DNA of 64,000 bases from positions 3,328,001-3,392,000 of the forward strand of contig CP051526.1 in assembly GCA_050916045.1 (NCBI GenBank), read 5' to 3'. Each line of letters opens with the position of its first letter. Position 1 is the stretch's first letter. The stretch comes from Tepidisphaera sp. Lineage in GTDB: Bacteria > Planctomycetota > Phycisphaerae > Phycisphaerales > UBA1924. The notes beneath the pieces were generated by a model. That model was given only the letters and a program-made list of their open reading frames with translations, had not been told where the DNA came from and made no database searches. Positions 60,209 through 64,000 of the stretch are shown in pieces. The position numbers were made by a program, and so were the translations under genes.

Positions 60209-60244
60209 GGGCCCGGAGCGATGAGCTTCGGGCCCTGTTCTTTC
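60209..60244 (+). terminator. Intrinsic terminator closing the 57.2-60.2 kb operon
   Basis: GGGCCCGGAGC-gatga-GCTTCGGGCCC followed by TGTTCTTTC. Confidence 0.65.
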
Positions 60245-60267
60245 GCGGCGATGAGGCTTCCGCGGCG

Positions 60268-61470
60268 TCAGGTCAGCTTCATGTCGTCCAGGCCGAGCCC
60301 GAGCGTCTGGCGGGCGGCTTGGTCGAGAGCGTCGCGGGGGCCTTGGAGGTGGATGGTGCGGTGGGTGTGAGTGATGGACTGGCCGGGAGCGAGGGCGGCC
60401 GCTGGGGAGGAGGTTTCGAGCTCGTAGAAGGGGCCGAAGGGCTTGCTTCCGGGCTCGCTGGGGCCGTCGTTGTAGGAGTTGACGACGTCGCCGGAGAAGG
60501 GGTCCTTCTGCCGGTTTTCCCACATGGAGTTGACGTACTTGTGGGTGCCCTTCGGGAGGGTGTAGGTGACGAGGGTGAGCACGCTACGGGCTGGGTCGTA
60601 GCTTCCGAGGATGGGCGTGGCGGCGGCGGGGGCGACGCCGATCTTGGAGCGTTCCTGACCATCGCCGCTGAAGAGCAGAGCGAGCGGGCGTGGCGAGCCG
60701 GACGCGGGGTGGCTTTGGGGCACGGCTTTCAGCCGTGAAGCAGGGACCTTGCCGAAGTACGTGTCGTTGACCAGAGCGGAAAGGTCGTGGCCTTCGCGGG
60801 CATTGATCGGAACCACGACGACGGTCGACGGGGTCGGCCTGAACATGCCGAGGATCCAGATGGAAAGCAAGCCGGTCGCGTGGGTCCAATCGGCGGGGCC
60901 GGTGTTGGTCACAGTGTTGGACGACTGAAACGCGACGACGTCGAGATTCGCCGCGGCGATGCCGAGTTCGGCGAGCACATCGTCGGGGCTGAGCACGGTG
61001 ATCGCGCGGTCGATCTTGATGTCGAAAAGCGTGCCGGACGCGTTGGTGAACCTGGCCGCGTGGGTGAAGGAAGCGGCGTGGTCGGACCTGCTCACGAGCG
61101 TGTACGCGGCGGTGTCGATGAACTCAGGGGTCTGCCAGTGCTTGAGGGATTGCTCGGGGGTTCCAGGCGTGAAGAAGATCGAGAATTGGCCGCCCTCGGG
61201 GCCGAGCCAGAAGCGATCCTCGCCGCCGTAGGGGTTGATGTGCGGCAACGTGCCGGAGGAGGCGATGAGATCGTCCTTGAGGAAGCCGAAGGACTGACCG
61301 GCGTCGCCACGGGCGGTTGAGGTCATCACGCGAGCTTGGAAAGCGGGGACGACCGCGATCTTGCCGGCGCCCTTGGGAGCGGTCAGCACGATTGTCTCAC
61401 GGTGCTTGCGGAGGAACTCAACGTCCCCGTGAAAGGGGCGGTCGGGAGCGTGTTGGGTGGCGGTGGGCAT
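60268..61470 (-). CDS. Conserved hypothetical protein (DUF6786-like)
   Basis: [53 protein letters not shown]. Family name from recall. Confidence 0.75.
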   Translation of the reverse strand: MPTATQHAPDRPFHGDVEFLRKHRETIVLTAPKGAGKIAVVPAFQARVMTSTARGDAGQSFGFLKDDLIASSGTLPHINPYGGEDRFWLGPEGGQFSIFFTPGTPEQSLKHWQTPEFIDTAAYTLVSRSDHAASFTHAARFTNASGTLFDIKIDRAITVLSPDDVLAELGIAAANLDVVAFQSSNTVTNTGPADWTHATGLLSIWILGMFRPTPSTVVVVPINAREGHDLSALVNDTYFGKVPASRLKAVPQSHPASGSPRPLALLFSGDGQERSKIGVAPAAATPILGSYDPARSVLTLVTYTLPKGTHKYVNSMWENRQKDPFSGDVVNSYNDGPSEPGSKPFGPFYELETSSPAAALAPGQSITHTHRTIHLQGPRDALDQAARQTLGLGLDDMKLT

Positions 61471-61661
61471 GGGGTGGTGGAGCGGGGTGGCGGTTCTCGG
61501 ATTGGGGATCGGCGAGCATAGCAGGAGGCGCGAGGCCCCGGGAAGCGGGAGGGGCTGAGGGAGGAGCGGTTTCGGCCTTGCGGAAGGGGGGATCTTCGAG
61601 TAGATTGGTGATCCGGCGACGTGCCGCGGATGGAGGCGGTCTGCTGCGAAGGAGCTTGTCA

Positions 61662-62585
61662 ATGAAGCGGATCTTGAATCGTCGGGAAGGTGCGTTCACC
61701 CTGATCGAGCTTCTGGTGGTGATCGCGATCATCGCGCTCTTGATTTCGCTGCTTCTGCCGGCGCTGGGGAAGGCGCGGAAAGTGGCACAGATCACGATCT
61801 CGACGTCGAATGTCCGGGCGATCAACAACTCGGCGAACATGTACCAGTCGGACAACAAAGCGTACATGCCGATCACGCTGCTTTACTCGCACGGCGGCCG
61901 GATCCGGACGCGGCCGGTGATTCCGAACCAGCCGAACGCGAACGTCACGGGGTTCTGCACGTGGAGTTGCTCGGGGGGCAACACGAGCGGCTACTGGTTC
62001 AACTACCAGCGCGGGTCGTTCGACATCCTCGCGGTGGACCGCCCGCTGAATCAGTACGTGTATCCCGAGATCTCGTTTTACGATCCGGCCACTCCGGGCA
62101 ATCCGAACGCACGGATGCCGGCCAATGACGAGAACCGGCTGAATGTCAAGCTCAAGGTCTTCAAGGATCCGGGGGACGTGATCGGGCATCAGGAAGCGTA
62201 CCCGTCGCCGAACACATCGGGGCGGACGAGCTTTGACAGCATCGGGATGTCGTACCAGTGGCAGGCGAAGTGGTACGAGCAGCTTGACAGCAGCGGCACG
62301 GTGACCGCCGCGCTGTTCAACAAGGGGACCAAGCGGCTTCAGCTTGCGGACTCGTTCGTGACGTCGCGGTTCGTGTGGATCTGGGATGAGCAGGCGGACA
62401 TCACGATCTACAACCAGGATCCGAACTACGTCAAGAAGAACGGGTTCGGGGACATCAACCGGAGCGTGATGGGGTTCATGGACGGCCACGCGGCGTACGT
62501 CAAGGTGATCCCCGGCCGGACGACGGAGTCGTACAAGAACGAGTTCTACACGACCGTGTTCGACGACCTGCGGATTCCGATCTGA
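61662..62585 (+). CDS. Prepilin-type N-methylation (DUF1559-like) protein
   Basis: [42 protein letters not shown]. Confidence 0.88.
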   Translation: MKRILNRREGAFTLIELLVVIAIIALLISLLLPALGKARKVAQITISTSNVRAINNSANMYQSDNKAYMPITLLYSHGGRIRTRPVIPNQPNANVTGFCTWSCSGGNTSGYWFNYQRGSFDILAVDRPLNQYVYPEISFYDPATPGNPNARMPANDENRLNVKLKVFKDPGDVIGHQEAYPSPNTSGRTSFDSIGMSYQWQAKWYEQLDSSGTVTAALFNKGTKRLQLADSFVTSRFVWIWDEQADITIYNQDPNYVKKNGFGDINRSVMGFMDGHAAYVKVIPGRTTESYKNEFYTTVFDDLRIPI

Positions 62586-62629
62586 AGCCCGTCCGGGCTT
62601 GAATCGCAGGGCCCGGGTAGACTCGTGGC

Positions 62630-64000
62630 GTGAAATCGCATTTCAATCTGATCGGTGGAGCGATGCGGCCCGCGGGTTCGGGGCGCGAGCTTGATGTTCA
62701 CGAGCCCGCGACGGGTCGGCTCTGGGCTCGCGTGCCGGATTCGGGGAAAGCCGACATCGATGAAGCTGTGAAAGCGGCGGCGGCGGCATTCCCGGCGTGG
62801 GCCGCGACGCCGGCGGTCGAGCGGTCTCGCCTCATGCTCAAACTCGCGGACCTGATCGATGAGAATCTCGGTCCGCTCGCCGAAGCCGAGTGCCGGGACA
62901 GCGGCAAACCGATCAGCGCGGCGCGGAGCATCGACATCCCGCGGTCGGCGGCGAATCTGCGGTTCTTCGCGACGGCGATCCTGCATTCGGCGGGCGAGTC
63001 GCACGATTTCGACGGCGGAGGGACGCCGGGGGGCGTGCCGGCGATCAACTACACGCTCCGCAAACCGAGGGGCGTCGCGGGGTGCATCTCGCCGTGGAAC
63101 CTGCCGCTTTATTTGTTCACGTGGAAGATCGCGCCGGCACTCGCCACGGGGAACACGGTGGTGGGCAAGCCGAGCGAGGTGACGCCGGTCACGGCGGCGA
63201 TGCTTGGCGAGCTTTCGGTCAAAGCCGGATTCCCCGCGGGCGTGCTCAACATCGTTCACGGCACGGGGCCGGGGGCGGGAGCGGCGCTGGTCGAGCATCA
63301 GGACGTCCCGACGATCACGTTCACGGGGTCGACGGCGGTCGGGAAGTGGATCGGCGAGACGTGCGGGCGGATGCTCAAGCGGTGCAGCTTGGAACTTGGC
63401 GGGAAGAATGCGTTCATCGTGTTTGACGATGCGGACGTGGACGAAGCGATCGCGGTCGCGGCGCGGGCGGCGTTCAGCAATCAGGGTCAGATCTGCTTGT
63501 GCGGGTCGCGGCTTCTGGTGCATGAGAGCGTGTACGAGCGGGTGCTCGCGGGCGTGGTCGAGCGGGCGAAAGGGCTCAAGATCGGGGACCCGATGGACCC
63601 GGCGACACAGTTCGGCGTGCTGACGAGCGTGGCGCACCGGGAAAAAGTCGCGGGCATGGTCAAGCTCGCGGCGGAAGCGGGCGGGCGGATCGTGTGCGGC
63701 GGCGAAGTCACTGGAAGTTCGCCCACGTTCTACCCCCCCACCGTCATCACGGGGCTTGCGAGCGACTGCCGGGTCGAGCGCGAGGAGATTTTCGGGCCGG
63801 TGGTGACGGTGACGCCGTTCAAGACGGAAGCGGAAGCGGTTGCGCTGGCGAACGGAACGTCGTACGGCCTCGCGGCTTCGGTCTACACACGCGACACCAG
63901 CCGAGCCCACCGCGTTGCGGCCTCGCTCGACGCCGGCATCGTGTGGGTGAACTGCTGGATGGTCCGCGACCTGCGGACACCGTTCGGCGGCGTGAAGCAG
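62630..64000 (+). CDS. Aldehyde dehydrogenase, 2-aminomuconate/hydroxymuconate semialdehyde DH-like (partial; absent from the ORF track)
   Basis: GTG 62630: MKSHFNLIGG..EPATG; DIPRSAANLRFFA; CISPWNLPLYLFTWK; LELGGKN; NQGQICLCG; EIFGP; WVNCWMVRDLRTPFGG. Confidence 0.92.
   Translation, partial: MKSHFNLIGGAMRPAGSGRELDVHEPATGRLWARVPDSGKADIDEAVKAAAAAFPAWAATPAVERSRLMLKLADLIDENLGPLAEAECRDSGKPISAARSIDIPRSAANLRFFATAILHSAGESHDFDGGGTPGGVPAINYTLRKPRGVAGCISPWNLPLYLFTWKIAPALATGNTVVGKPSEVTPVTAAMLGELSVKAGFPAGVLNIVHGTGPGAGAALVEHQDVPTITFTGSTAVGKWIGETCGRMLKRCSLELGGKNAFIVFDDADVDEAIAVAARAAFSNQGQICLCGSRLLVHESVYERVLAGVVERAKGLKIGDPMDPATQFGVLTSVAHREKVAGMVKLAAEAGGRIVCGGEVTGSSPTFYPPTVITGLASDCRVEREEIFGPVVTVTPFKTEAEAVALANGTSYGLAASVYTRDTSRAHRVAASLDAGIVWVNCWMVRDLRTPFGGVKQ

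Overview
GC-rich bacterial chromosomal window of about 58 genes. I found no rRNA, tRNA, CRISPR array or transposase. The lineage is inferred to be Planctomycetota (Phycisphaerae-like) from three DUF1559-type prepilin-like genes, a 'CPADFNxDGxxDFFDYxxF' dockerin-like anchor, a PTPG-type PEP-CTERM tail and repeated CxxCGY..CPECG zinc-ribbon membrane proteins. Contents in order: a partial UDG-superfamily gene; the imuA-imuB-dnaE2 mutagenesis cassette; homoserine dehydrogenase; a DtxR/MntR regulator divergent from a Tro-type Mn/Zn/Fe ABC transporter whose two permeases both carry DtxR-like tails; a general-stress cluster (DUF892, BON, DUF883, YqjE/K-like) with signalling genes including an ethylene-receptor-like sensor and an alternative sigma factor; GH78; lepA; a membrane patatin; an amidase; a MauE-pilin fusion; DUF2339; an ALDH pair; gmhA; a His-rich carbonic anhydrase; sigma54-driven flgFGAH; ugd; a methyltransferase; a polyprenyl synthase; a lower-GC PIN (DUF4935-like) gene; and a partial ALDH. 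The best candidate for an undescribed system is 57233-60244. It has a promoter with Fur/Zur-like palindromes, a His-rich CxxC/RGPP leader, a DHVH pilin-like protein and two paralogous HxH surface proteins with different anchors, which suggests a metal-scavenging operon. About ten genes appear leaderless (-10 box 6-8 nt before the start codon). All family calls are from motif recognition by eye, not database searches.
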